DNA of 38,392 bases from Actinomycetota bacterium (GCA_041486205.1 JBGPKY010000001.1:1-38392); one strand, 5' to 3'; positions 26,278 through 35,102 are shown, counted from the stretch's first letter. Notes: a model not told the origin generated them from the letters alone. Numbers and translations: made by a program.

Positions 26278-27015
26278 TTACCGAGCCGCGGACGTGAGCT
26301 GCACCGTGACCACCCCTCCCGCCAACACATGCTGCCACTCTCCGTCGAGCATGATGTGCGCTCCGCCCGACCCGATCACCGTCCACTCGGCCCCGTCGCC
26401 CACGACGGCGGTGTTCTCGTCGATCGCGAAGAGCCGCCGGCCGGGCGGCACGGAATCGATGATGAACTGCGTGAGTCCCGGGACGAACGAGTCGAGTGCG
26501 TCCCAATGGGGACCGAGCATCACGTTGGCGAACATCCCGAGCCCCGGCTTCCACAGAGCGTCGGAGAAATCCCGGACCGAGCTGTCCGGCGCGTCGTCTC
26601 CGAGGCACGCGACGCCGGCGCTGCAGCCCGCGTAGGCGAGCCCGTGATCCAAGGCCTCGAGCAAAGCCCGCCAGAACGGCGTGTCTCGCAAGGTCGCGGC
26701 AAGATCGGCCGGGTTGCCTCCGGAGAAGAACACGACCGAGGCATCGGAGAGCTTCCCAACGAAGTCGGGGCGCGCCGCGTCCTCCCGCGTCTTGAGCGGC
26801 ACGACCTCGGCCGGGACCTCCATCCGTCCGTAGTGCTCGAGACCCTTGCTCGCCCAGAACTCGAAGACGTCGTCGCCCTCGGAGGCGCTCGCCGTCGGCA
26901 GGATCAGAACGCGGCCGTCCCCGGTCCGCGCTCGGTCGAGCAGCCAGTGATCGACCTCGGCGGCCCAGGGATCGAACTCACCCGATCCCATGAGCGCGAT
27001 CACCAGCTCACTCAC
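26278..27015 (-). CDS. peptidase S51 / cyanophycinase-like type-1 glutamine amidotransferase-fold protein
   Basis: Carries LMGSGEF, ILPTASA, VFFSGGNPADL and the nucleophile elbow YAGCSAGVACLG. The GTG start overlaps the decarboxylase stop as GTGA at 27012..27015. Confidence 0.65.
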   Translation of the reverse strand: MSELVIALMGSGEFDPWAAEVDHWLLDRARTGDGRVLILPTASASEGDDVFEFWASKGLEHYGRMEVPAEVVPLKTREDAARPDFVGKLSDASVVFFSGGNPADLAATLRDTPFWRALLEALDHGLAYAGCSAGVACLGDDAPDSSVRDFSDALWKPGLGMFANVMLGPHWDALDSFVPGLTQFIIDSVPPGRRLFAIDENTAVVGDGAEWTVIGSGGAHIMLDGEWQHVLAGGVVTVQLTSAAR

Positions 27016-28523
27016 GCGGTGCCCCGGAGCGGCTGTGGCCGAAGCTCGGCGTCGAGCCTTCCGCCGATCTCGGCAGTGACTTCAAGCATCGCGTCGATGT
27101 CCACCGCCTCCGTGCGGAAGTTCACGATGCACGCCCGCAGGACGAACCGTTCCCCAAGCACGGCGTTCGAGAAGAACACGCGGCCGTCTTGTTGCACGTC
27201 GGTCATGAGGCGTTCGTTCAACCGATCGAGGTACTCCTCGCGTCCGGCGCCCTCGGGGAGGCCCGGCGGCAGGTAGCGGAAGCAACAGATCGACAACCCC
27301 ACAGGGCATGCCAGCTCGAAGTCGAGCCGCTCCTCGACCCTCGCGCCCATGTATCGCGCGAGTGCAGCGTCCTGCGAGATCCGCTCAGCGTAGGCACGCC
27401 GACCGTGTGCGAGTAGCGACACCCACACCTTGAGCGCCGAGAACCCCCGCGAGAACTGCGGTCCCAGCTGGGTCGGGTCTATCCCCCGACCGGTTCGCTC
27501 CTTGTCCTGGTGCACATACGTCGCGTGGATGGAGAACGAATCCGCCAGCAGCTGCATGTCGCGGAGGACCACACACCCACCCGAGTGCGAGGTGTAGAGC
27601 CACTTGTGCGGGTCGAACGCGATGGAGTCCGCCCGCTCCATCCCCGCGAACAGCGGCCGGAGGTCCTCGGCGAATGCCGCCGGCCCGCCGTATGCACCAT
27701 CGACGTGGAACCAAAGCCCTTCGTCCGCGCAGACCTCGGCGACGCCGTCGAGGGGATCGACCGCTCCGGTCGCGACCGTCCCCGCCGACGCGACCACGGC
27801 GAACGGGCGAACACCGGCGTTGCGGTCGCGCTGGATCGACTCGCGGAGGAGGTCGATGCGGATCCGGTACCCGTCGTCCACAGGGATCTTGCGGACGGCG
27901 TCGGTCCCGAGACCGAGCAGGTCGGCGGCGCGCGAACTGACGACGTGCGTCTCCTCCGACATATACATGGCGAGGGGGCGACCGGCAGCGACGCCCTCCT
28001 TCCGCACGTCCCATCCGGCGCGGTGATCGCGAGCTGCCTTCAGCGCCACCAGATTCGCCATCGCGCCGCCAGAAACGAGTATGCCGCCGGCCGTGTCCGG
28101 CAATCCGAACTGACGGGCGAACCAGCGCGTGAGGTGCAGCTCGATCTCGACCGCCGATGGGCCGAGCATCCAGCCGCCGGTGTTCATGTTCACGCCAGCC
28201 GCTAGCAGGTCGGCGGCCGCCCCTGGCACGGTCCCAGCCCCTGTGATGTACGCCGCGAACCGTGGGTGTCCGGCGAACAGCGAGTGTTCGAAGATGACCT
28301 CGCGCAGATAGGCGAACAGCTCCTCGTCGGGCATGGGGTCTTCGGGCACCGGGATGGCTACCGCTTCGCGAACGGCATGCTGATCTTCCCCGTGCGTGAT
28401 GGGGAGTTCTCGCAACCGCGAGAGGAACTCCTCCCACAGGTCGACCGCGCGCTCGGCGAAGGCTCGGGCGCGCGCCGGGTCCCAGTCGAGATCGGGGAAC
28501 GGCTCCGGGGCCGTGACCGTCAC
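27012..28523 (-). CDS. group II pyridoxal-phosphate-dependent amino-acid decarboxylase
   Basis: 503 aa with HPRFAAYITGAG, the PLP lysine context IAFDPHKWLY and GGAMANLVALKAAR. Confidence 0.8.
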   Translation of the reverse strand: MTVTAPEPFPDLDWDPARARAFAERAVDLWEEFLSRLRELPITHGEDQHAVREAVAIPVPEDPMPDEELFAYLREVIFEHSLFAGHPRFAAYITGAGTVPGAAADLLAAGVNMNTGGWMLGPSAVEIELHLTRWFARQFGLPDTAGGILVSGGAMANLVALKAARDHRAGWDVRKEGVAAGRPLAMYMSEETHVVSSRAADLLGLGTDAVRKIPVDDGYRIRIDLLRESIQRDRNAGVRPFAVVASAGTVATGAVDPLDGVAEVCADEGLWFHVDGAYGGPAAFAEDLRPLFAGMERADSIAFDPHKWLYTSHSGGCVVLRDMQLLADSFSIHATYVHQDKERTGRGIDPTQLGPQFSRGFSALKVWVSLLAHGRRAYAERISQDAALARYMGARVEERLDFELACPVGLSICCFRYLPPGLPEGAGREEYLDRLNERLMTDVQQDGRVFFSNAVLGERFVLRACIVNFRTEAVDIDAMLEVTAEIGGRLDAELRPQPLRGTA

Positions 28524-28527
28524 GGCG

Positions 28528-29238
28528 TCACTCTTTCGCTGCCGCGAGCCGGAAGACCTCTTCCTTCATCGCGCGGCGGAAGAAGTCTTCCCCGAAAGCC
28601 TCCACCATCGCGCCGACCTGGCTCTCGTGCTGCTCGATCGCCTGGAGCTTCAGCTCGAGGATGTCGCTGGGAAGCAGGTACTGGATCGCGAGCTCCCCAC
28701 GCGGCGTGATCGGTGGCGTTCCAGGGCGGAACACGTCGTACTGGTTGTAGATGGGGACGAACTCCTCCGCCCAATCCGGAGTCGCTGTCGCGTAGAAGAG
28801 GTTCGCGCCCGACTTCCCGACCGCGTGGAAGGCCTCGGTCGTCCAGTCGCAGACCGACTTGTGTCCGGCGTGATCGGTCATACCGTCGGGCCCGAACGTG
28901 AACACGGAGTCTGGCTGCACCTCCTCCATGAGCGCCCAGACCTTGGACCTTCCCGACTCGTCGAGCGGGGCGTCCATATCGATATCGGCGCAGTCCAGGA
29001 AGTGGTGCTCGATGTCGCCGAGGACCGCGAGGCTGCGAAGGAGCTCCTGCTCCCGCACCTGGCCCATCGTCGCGCTCGGCCACTTCTCCTCGTCGAAGGA
29101 ACCACCTTCCCCACGCGTCGCCGTGACGCACACCACGCGGGAGCCGTTACGGGCCGCGCGTGCCATGAGACCCGCAACCAAGTAGGTCTCGTCATCCGGA
29201 TGCGCCCACACCCCCAGCATCGTGCCGAGCTCGTCCAT
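28528..29238 (-). CDS. PIG-L/LmbE family deacetylase (MshB/Mca/BshB superfamily)
   Basis: Carries VWAHPDDETYLVAGLMA...VTATRGEGG. 236 aa. Confidence 0.8.
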   Translation of the reverse strand: MDELGTMLGVWAHPDDETYLVAGLMARAARNGSRVVCVTATRGEGGSFDEEKWPSATMGQVREQELLRSLAVLGDIEHHFLDCADIDMDAPLDESGRSKVWALMEEVQPDSVFTFGPDGMTDHAGHKSVCDWTTEAFHAVGKSGANLFYATATPDWAEEFVPIYNQYDVFRPGTPPITPRGELAIQYLLPSDILELKLQAIEQHESQVGAMVEAFGEDFFRRAMKEEVFRLAAAKE

Positions 29239-29241
29239 CGC

Positions 29242-29628
29242 CTATCCCCCCACCCGTCGGACGAAATGGTAGGCGACCGTGTGACCACCGTAGGTCAGGG
29301 GGATCATGTCGGTTTCCGCATCGAACGTGGACCCGTCCTTGCCGATCCCTCTGAACCGGAAGGTCACCGGGAAGGCCTTCGGTTGCACTCGGTTCCAGTA
29401 GTTCCATGAGAAGAGCCCTTGGTCGTCCTCATGGACGAAGTGCTGCAGGAACCCCGGGGTATGCGCCCACTCGTCGACCGTCAGGCCGAACATCCTCGCC
29501 ATGTTCTCGTTGCAGGCGCAGTGCTGCTCGTCGAGCCAGATGTACACGCCGTCGGGGCTGCTGTCGAAGAGCGGCCTCATGTGCTCCGCGAGTTGCGGGA
29601 TGACCTGTTCGTGCGGAACCGCTTCCAC
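29242..29628 (-). CDS. stand-alone PAS domain protein
   Basis: 128 aa with the PAS-like core FDSSPDGVYIWLDEQHCACNENMARMFGL...F and no output domain. GTG start with RBS GGAGAGGGAG. Confidence 0.6.
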   Translation of the reverse strand: MEAVPHEQVIPQLAEHMRPLFDSSPDGVYIWLDEQHCACNENMARMFGLTVDEWAHTPGFLQHFVHEDDQGLFSWNYWNRVQPKAFPVTFRFRGIGKDGSTFDAETDMIPLTYGGHTVAYHFVRRVGG

Positions 29629-29687
29629 GTTTCTCCCTCTCCGATAGTCCGCCGTTGAGGCGTAATCCTAAGCGAAGGCTCGCGAAC

Positions 29688-29720
29688 CGAAGAACGGCCC
29701 CGTAAGAGGGCCGTTCTTCG
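29688..29720 (-). terminator. strong terminator-like hairpin separating the sigH unit from the PAS operon
   Basis: Perfect 13-bp stem CGAAGAACGGCCC/GGGCCGTTCTTCG with a 7-nt loop. There is no clear U tract, and I assume U-less terminators are frequent in GC-rich actinobacteria. A TAGGAT box (minus, 29670..29665) follows it. Confidence 0.6.
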
Positions 29721-29773
29721 TGACCGCGCCGTGACCGTTGGGGGGGGCGGCGCGGGACCTTCGCGCTGGAGCT

Positions 29774-29959
29774 TCAGGCCTTGCCCGGCGCCAGACGCTT
29801 CCCTCGATAGTTCGGGAAAGAAACCTCGGCGTGCTGCCAGCAGCGCTTGCTGGCGTTGTAGACGGACAGCTTGGTCTCGCAGCCTGGATCGGCGCAAACC
29901 CTCCCCTGGTCCTGCGCCTTCGTGGGCTGGGGCAGGTGGCCGGGACGGGTTCCCTTCAT
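29774..29959 (-). CDS. 61-aa Zn-ribbon-like protein (C-x4-C ... C-x2-H), function unknown
   Basis: The internal ATG 29959 follows a strong RBS AAGGAGG. The sequence is MKGTRPGHLPQPTKAQDQGRVCADPGCETKLSVYNASKRCWQHAEVSF.... It lies 71 nt downstream of rshA. Confidence 0.6.
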   Translation of the reverse strand: MKGTRPGHLPQPTKAQDQGRVCADPGCETKLSVYNASKRCWQHAEVSFPNYRGKRLAPGKA

Positions 29960-30030
29960 GCGCGAGTCCTCCTTTGGGGAGGGATTCGCCGCGGGAGCCC
30001 TCGGGGTTCTAACGGGATCGAAGGCCGGAA

Positions 30031-30285
30031 CTACTCCTGTGTCGAGCCGCCCTCGACCAGCGCCGCCTCGACCCGTTCCAGGAGATGCGGGGGGAGGTCC
30101 TCGCATCCGCACCTCGCCTTCAAGAGCTCCCGGAGGTGTGACTTGAAATCGGATCGATCCATACAGGGGCCGCAGGCACCCAAGTGACCATCGATCTCGA
30201 CGCGCAGGGACGGCTCCAGCTCACCGTCGAGATAGAGCTCGATCTGCAGGAGGACCTGTTCGCAATCAATCGGTGACAAGGCCAC
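30031..30285 (-). CDS. rshA: ZAS-family anti-sigma factor (RsrA/RshA-like)
   Basis: Carries H-x3-C-x2-C (HLGACGPC) plus an upstream DC and a downstream RCGC. GTG 30285 overlaps the sigma gene by 20 nt. Confidence 0.8.
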   Translation of the reverse strand: MALSPIDCEQVLLQIELYLDGELEPSLRVEIDGHLGACGPCMDRSDFKSHLRELLKARCGCEDLPPHLLERVEAALVEGGSTQE

Positions 30286-30853
30286 GCTCCCGTACCGTTT
30301 CCCACAACGCCTTTTCCAGTGCTCTTCTTCCCCTGTGCAGCCGCGACATCACCGTTCCGATCGGGATCGCGAGTATCTCCGCGATCTCCTTGTAGGAGAA
30401 CCCCTCGACGTCGGCGAGCAGCACGGCGAGCCGGAATCCCTCTGGCAGCGCCTCGAGCGCTCGCTGCACGTCTTCGTCGGGGAGCTTCTCCAGCACTTCG
30501 GACTCGGCCGAGGCCTCGACCCCAGCAGCGCCGATCCGGTCGAAGAGGTACCAATCCTCGATGTCGTCGTCCTGGACCGTCACGGGCTCTCGCTGCTTCT
30601 TGCGGTAGGTGTTGATGAACGTGTTCGTGAGGATCCGGTACATCCATGCTTTGAGATTGGTCCCTTCCTCGAAGCTCCCGAATCCCCGGTAGGCGCGGAG
30701 GTAGGTCTCCTGCACGAGATCTTCAGCGTCCGAAGGGTTGCGCGTCATCCTCAGGGCAGCGGAGTACAGGCCCGGAAGCAGCGGCAGGACGTCGCGCTCG
30801 AAACGTCCGCGGAGCGCGGGATCGCCGAGCGGTGCGGTCGAGCTCCTCGCCAT
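30266..30853 (-). CDS. sigH: ECF sigma factor, SigH/SigR-like
   Basis: Carries [20 protein letters not shown]...[27 protein letters not shown]...[14 protein letters not shown]. The start is taken at ATG 30853. An in-frame GTG at 30913 would add 20 aa. Confidence 0.85.
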   Translation of the reverse strand: MARSSTAPLGDPALRGRFERDVLPLLPGLYSAALRMTRNPSDAEDLVQETYLRAYRGFGSFEEGTNLKAWMYRILTNTFINTYRKKQREPVTVQDDDIEDWYLFDRIGAAGVEASAESEVLEKLPDEDVQRALEALPEGFRLAVLLADVEGFSYKEIAEILAIPIGTVMSRLHRGRRALEKALWETVRERGLVTD

Positions 30854-30942
30854 AGCGCCAGTATCCCGTATCGGACCGCTTGCCACCCGAGTCCGATACC
30901 CCACGACTGTCACTTCCGCGGCACGGGTGGGAAGATGGGTTC

Positions 30943-32967
30943 ATGCCTGGCAAGGACGACAAACGCGGACGCTGGAGCGGGTTCGATCTGGGTGGCGGAG
31001 GCTCGCCCGGCGATCCATCGCGCCGCTGGCGTGGGTCGCTGTGGACCTACCTGATCGGGTTCGCCGTGATCCTGTTCCTGTTCCAGTGGCTTGAGGCGCC
31101 GCGACCGACGGCGATCCCCTACTCGCAGTTCATCGTCGCGGTGAACCAGAACCAGATCCCCTCGGACGCCGTCCTACAGATCTCCGACACCAGCGTGACC
31201 GGCGCCTACCTCGCCGACGGCAAGAGAACCGACTTCACGACGACCATCCCTCCGATCCTCCAGGGAACCTCGGTCCTCACCGACCTCCTCCAGAAGCAGG
31301 GCGTCCAGTTCGACGGACACGTCCCGAACGGCTTCCAGAGCCTCCTCGTTGGTTGGGTCGTGCCGCTCCTGTTGTTCGGGCTCCTGTGGTTCTTCCTGAT
31401 CCGGCGGATGAGTGGCGCGGGTGCGTCGGCCGCGCTCAACCTAGGCCGCAACAAGGTGAAGATCTACGACCGCAAGGAGATGAAGACGACCTTCGGCGAC
31501 GTCGCCGGACTCGACGAGGCGACCGAGGAGTTGCGCGAGATCGTCGACTTCTTGAAGAACCCCAAGAAATACCAGCGCCTCGGCGGCCGCATCCCGAAGG
31601 GGGTGCTGCTCCTCGGCCCGCCGGGCTGCGGCAAGACGCTGCTCGCGCGAGCGGTCGCGGGCGAGGCGAACGTCCCGTTCTTCTTCATGTCCGGTTCGGA
31701 GTTCGTCGAGATGTTCGTCGGCCTGGGGGCAGCGCGCGTGCGTGAGCTGTTCCAGCAGGCGAAGGAGAAAGCGCCGGCTCTGGTGTTCCTCGACGAGATC
31801 GACACGATCGGCAAGGGCCGAGCCGGGGCGATGGGGGCGGGGTTCGGTGGACACGACGAACGCGAGCAGACGCTCAACCAGCTCCTCGTCGAGATGGACG
31901 GGTTCGACTCGTCCAAGGGTGTAATCATCATGGCCGCTACGAACCGGCCCGACGTCCTGGACCAAGCATTGATCAGGCCGGGGCGGTTCGACCGGCAGGT
32001 GGTCGTTGATAGGCCGGACCGCCGCGGTCGCGAGGCGATCCTGCGCGTGCACGCGCGCGGCGTCGCACTGGATCCGGCCGTGGATCTGCGGGTGCTTTCC
32101 GCTCGCACACCGGGCTTCACGGGCGCCGATCTCGCGAACATCGTCAACGAGGCCGCGCTGCTCGCGGCTCGCGGCGAGAAGAACTCGGTCGGGATGAAGG
32201 AGCTGGAGGAAGCGATCGACCGCGGGGTGGCGGGCTTGGAGCGCAAGAGTCGCGTGATGTCCGAGAAGGAGCGCGAGATCGTTGCCAAACACGAGATGGG
32301 TCACGCGTTGGTCGCGCTCTCGGCGCCGGCCGCCGACCCCGTCCACCGGGTGTCGATCATCCCGCGCGGCGCGGCGGCGCTCGGCATGACGATGCAGCGA
32401 CCGCTCGAGGACCGATATCTGCTAACCGAACCCGAGTTGGACGACCGTCTGGCGATCCTGCTCGGCGGGAGGACCGCCGAGGAGATCTGCTTCAACCAGA
32501 TCTCGACCGGCGCACAGAACGACCTGGAGCGGGCGACCGAGATCGCGCGCGCGATGGTCACGGAATACGGCATGAGCGAGAAGATCGGACCGCTCTCGTT
32601 CGGAAGCGACGGGTTCCGCAGCGCCGAAGGTCGCATGCTTTTCCCCGGGGCCGCACCGGAGATGTCGGGTGCACTCTCCCAGCTGGTCGACGAGGAGATC
32701 TCGAGGCTCATCACCGAGGCCCACGACCGGGCGCGCTCCGTCTTGCTCGATCACCGCGACTTCCTCGAGCAGATGTCCGAACTGCTGATGGCCACCGAAG
32801 TGATCGACGGCAAGGACCTCAGGGAGTACTTCGAGGGAACCAAACCGATCCCGACCCGCGAAGAGATGGATCAGATCGCGGCGAACAACGGCCGGCTCCA
32901 GCCGCAAACCGGCCCGGACATAACCGTTTCGGGCGAGCCTCAGATCCCGCCGATGCCCAAGCCCTAA
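30943..32967 (+). CDS. ftsH: ATP-dependent zinc metalloprotease FtsH
   Basis: Two N-terminal TMs, Walker A GPPGCGKT, Walker B VFLDEID, SRH region and the Zn motif HEMGHA. The start is taken at ATG 30943. Confidence 0.9.
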   Translation: MPGKDDKRGRWSGFDLGGGGSPGDPSRRWRGSLWTYLIGFAVILFLFQWLEAPRPTAIPYSQFIVAVNQNQIPSDAVLQISDTSVTGAYLADGKRTDFTTTIPPILQGTSVLTDLLQKQGVQFDGHVPNGFQSLLVGWVVPLLLFGLLWFFLIRRMSGAGASAALNLGRNKVKIYDRKEMKTTFGDVAGLDEATEELREIVDFLKNPKKYQRLGGRIPKGVLLLGPPGCGKTLLARAVAGEANVPFFFMSGSEFVEMFVGLGAARVRELFQQAKEKAPALVFLDEIDTIGKGRAGAMGAGFGGHDEREQTLNQLLVEMDGFDSSKGVIIMAATNRPDVLDQALIRPGRFDRQVVVDRPDRRGREAILRVHARGVALDPAVDLRVLSARTPGFTGADLANIVNEAALLAARGEKNSVGMKELEEAIDRGVAGLERKSRVMSEKEREIVAKHEMGHALVALSAPAADPVHRVSIIPRGAAALGMTMQRPLEDRYLLTEPELDDRLAILLGGRTAEEICFNQISTGAQNDLERATEIARAMVTEYGMSEKIGPLSFGSDGFRSAEGRMLFPGAAPEMSGALSQLVDEEISRLITEAHDRARSVLLDHRDFLEQMSELLMATEVIDGKDLREYFEGTKPIPTREEMDQIAANNGRLQPQTGPDITVSGEPQIPPMPKP

Positions 32968-33890
32968 CCAGGTTCCTCGGGACTCACGCAGAGGTCGAAC
33001 CGCCCGCGGAACCGGTCGAGGAAGCGGTAGTAATTCCGCTTCGACCACTTCGCACGTTCGGCCGGCGGTGTGTTGAACCACATGCGGTGCTCGTGCTTCA
33101 CGACGGGGACGTCCACGACTACGGCGCGCAGCCCCAGGTCCCTCACCCGGAACGACCACTCGATGTCGGCGGTGCGGTACCACTTGAACTTCTCGTCGAA
33201 GAGACCCGCCGAAATGAGGACCTCACGACGGAACGCCATGAGGTAACCCTCGACGGCATCGACCTCTCGATCCTTGCCCATGCCGGCGGACTCGTGGAAG
33301 TCTTGGAGGTTGGGAGTGACGATGCCGAACGGGCCGCACACCCCGATCGTCTCCTCGGCGAGCGCGGCCTCGAGTGGGCCGAATACGTCACCGGTGGGCT
33401 CGACCGAGCCGTCCATCGCGAGCACTAGGCGGCCCCGTGAGCGCCTGAGGCCGGCGTTCCGGGCGGAGGCCCATCCCGTGCCTTCCGCCAGCGAGAGAAC
33501 CTCGACGCCATCTCCATACGTCGCGGGGTCCGTGCCCGTGAGATCGGCCACCACGTATTGAACCCCGCGCCCGGCTTCGCTCGCGCGGAACGCGACGAGC
33601 GCGCGGACGACGTCCTCGGGCCAACCTTCCACGACCCAGTGAACGGAGAGGTCGCATGTCGGGGCTTCGACGAGGACCGAGGCGACGTCGGCCGCTCGTA
33701 CGCGCTGCGGCTGCGACGGCTCCGGGGCGGCTAACGGCTCGAACGTCGGGCCCCCGGGTGAATCGACGACCTTGTAACCGAGTTCGGCGATACTCTCGCG
33801 AAGCGCGTCGGCCGCAACGAAGTCTTTCGCCCCGCGGGCTGCTGCGCGCTCGTTGGCGAGACGGCGAACCTCCTCCGGCACCCCGCTCAT
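32964..33890 (-). CDS. GT2-like glycosyltransferase with an N-terminal CysRS-C-terminal-like helical domain
   Basis: ATG 33890 overlaps the hydrolase stop as ATGA. The N-terminal about 50 aa (VRRLANERAAARGAKDFVAADALRESIAELGYKVVD) resembles the tail of cysteinyl-tRNA synthetase. The body carries GWASARNAGL...LAMDGS, which is GT-A-like. Confidence 0.55.
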   Translation of the reverse strand: MSGVPEEVRRLANERAAARGAKDFVAADALRESIAELGYKVVDSPGGPTFEPLAAPEPSQPQRVRAADVASVLVEAPTCDLSVHWVVEGWPEDVVRALVAFRASEAGRGVQYVVADLTGTDPATYGDGVEVLSLAEGTGWASARNAGLRRSRGRLVLAMDGSVEPTGDVFGPLEAALAEETIGVCGPFGIVTPNLQDFHESAGMGKDREVDAVEGYLMAFRREVLISAGLFDEKFKWYRTADIEWSFRVRDLGLRAVVVDVPVVKHEHRMWFNTPPAERAKWSKRNYYRFLDRFRGRFDLCVSPEEPG

Positions 33891-34657
33891 CGGCGGTGTC
33901 TCCTCACGAAATCGAGCACCGCCGCGTCCGCCGTCTCGGGCTGTTCGGAGTGGTAGAGGTGTCCAGCGCCCTCGAGCAGGAACAGTTCGGCGCCGGGGAT
34001 GCGAGAGGCCAGGACGCGCGCGTTCTCGGGGTCGACCGTCCGATCCTCCGTGCCGTGCAACACGAGCGTGGGTGCGGTGATCTTCGGCAAGCGGTCGTAC
34101 GGGTCGGATCCCTGCATGGCCTCCCACTGACGGCGCCGCCCCACGGGGTGGCTCGGCTGCGAGCTTCCAACGCGGAGATCTTCCGCGACGTGATCGGGAT
34201 TCGCCTCGGCGAACGCCTGCGAGTAGAGCCCGAGCCATGGCGCGTCCTTCGGCACCTTCGCGCGGCTCCGCACGACGTGCGAGCCTCCGGCGTGCGTGCA
34301 AGCGAGGACGAGCGAGCGAACGCGTGCCGGGTGCGCTAGGGCGAGCTCCTGCGCCACGATCCCGCCGAACGACTGACCGTACACATGGGCGGTGTCCAAC
34401 CGAAGCTCGTCCATCAGCGCGATCGTGTCGTCAACGAACGTGATCATGGCGCAGGGTCCGGGCGGCTCGTCGGAGCGGCCGTTGCCGCGGAAGTCGTACG
34501 CGACGACGAACAGTTCCTTAGCGAGGTTCGGGATGTTCCGGCGCCAGCCGGGGATGTCGCCGCCCATGCCCTCGAGGAGCACGAGCGGTTCGGACGAGCG
34601 ATCGCCGTGCGTTTCGAAGAAGAGGCGACACCCGTCGGGGCGCACGAGCTGGCTCAA
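33887..34657 (-). CDS. alpha/beta hydrolase
   Basis: Carries LLEGMGGD, FDFRGNGRSD-like and the nucleophile elbow GQSFGG. TTG start with no clear RBS, so the start is uncertain. Confidence 0.8.
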   Translation of the reverse strand: MSQLVRPDGCRLFFETHGDRSSEPLVLLEGMGGDIPGWRRNIPNLAKELFVVAYDFRGNGRSDEPPGPCAMITFVDDTIALMDELRLDTAHVYGQSFGGIVAQELALAHPARVRSLVLACTHAGGSHVVRSRAKVPKDAPWLGLYSQAFAEANPDHVAEDLRVGSSQPSHPVGRRRQWEAMQGSDPYDRLPKITAPTLVLHGTEDRTVDPENARVLASRIPGAELFLLEGAGHLYHSEQPETADAAVLDFVRRHRR

Positions 34658-34679
34658 GGCCGGCGCCGCGGCGGCGTCC

Positions 34680-35102
34680 TCAGACCGAGACGTCTTTCGA
34701 GACCGACCGAAGCCTGCCGGCGACCGACTCGAGGGTCTTGAGCGCGATCGTCGGGTGCTCTTGGATCAGTCCGCGGAAGACCCATCCCGTGATACCGAGG
34801 AGCCTGACCGCCGTCACCGCGGTGACCGTCGCGGTGCGTGGACCGCCGTCGAGCAACGCCACCTCACCGAAGAACTCGCCCGCACCGAGCTTGGCCTTCG
34901 TCTTGCCGCCGATCGTCACCTTCGCCTCGCCCTCGAGGATGAGGAAGAGCCCGATCCCGCGTTCGCCCTCGCGCGCGATCACTGTTCCGGCCCTGTGGTT
35001 CACCTCTTTGGCGGCGCGCGAGATGATGTCGAGCTCACGCTTGGAGCAGCCGGAGAAGAGCGGTACCTTCGCGAGCTGCGCAGTCGTCGTTGTTCCGGCC
35101 AC
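34680..35102 (-). CDS. stand-alone cyclic-nucleotide-binding domain protein
   Basis: 140 aa with the phosphate-binding cassette FFGEVALLDGGPRTATVTA and no HTH or other output domain. GTG start with RBS GAGAGGAGG. Confidence 0.8.
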   Translation of the reverse strand: MAGTTTTAQLAKVPLFSGCSKRELDIISRAAKEVNHRAGTVIAREGERGIGLFLILEGEAKVTIGGKTKAKLGAGEFFGEVALLDGGPRTATVTAVTAVRLLGITGWVFRGLIQEHPTIALKTLESVAGRLRSVSKDVSV

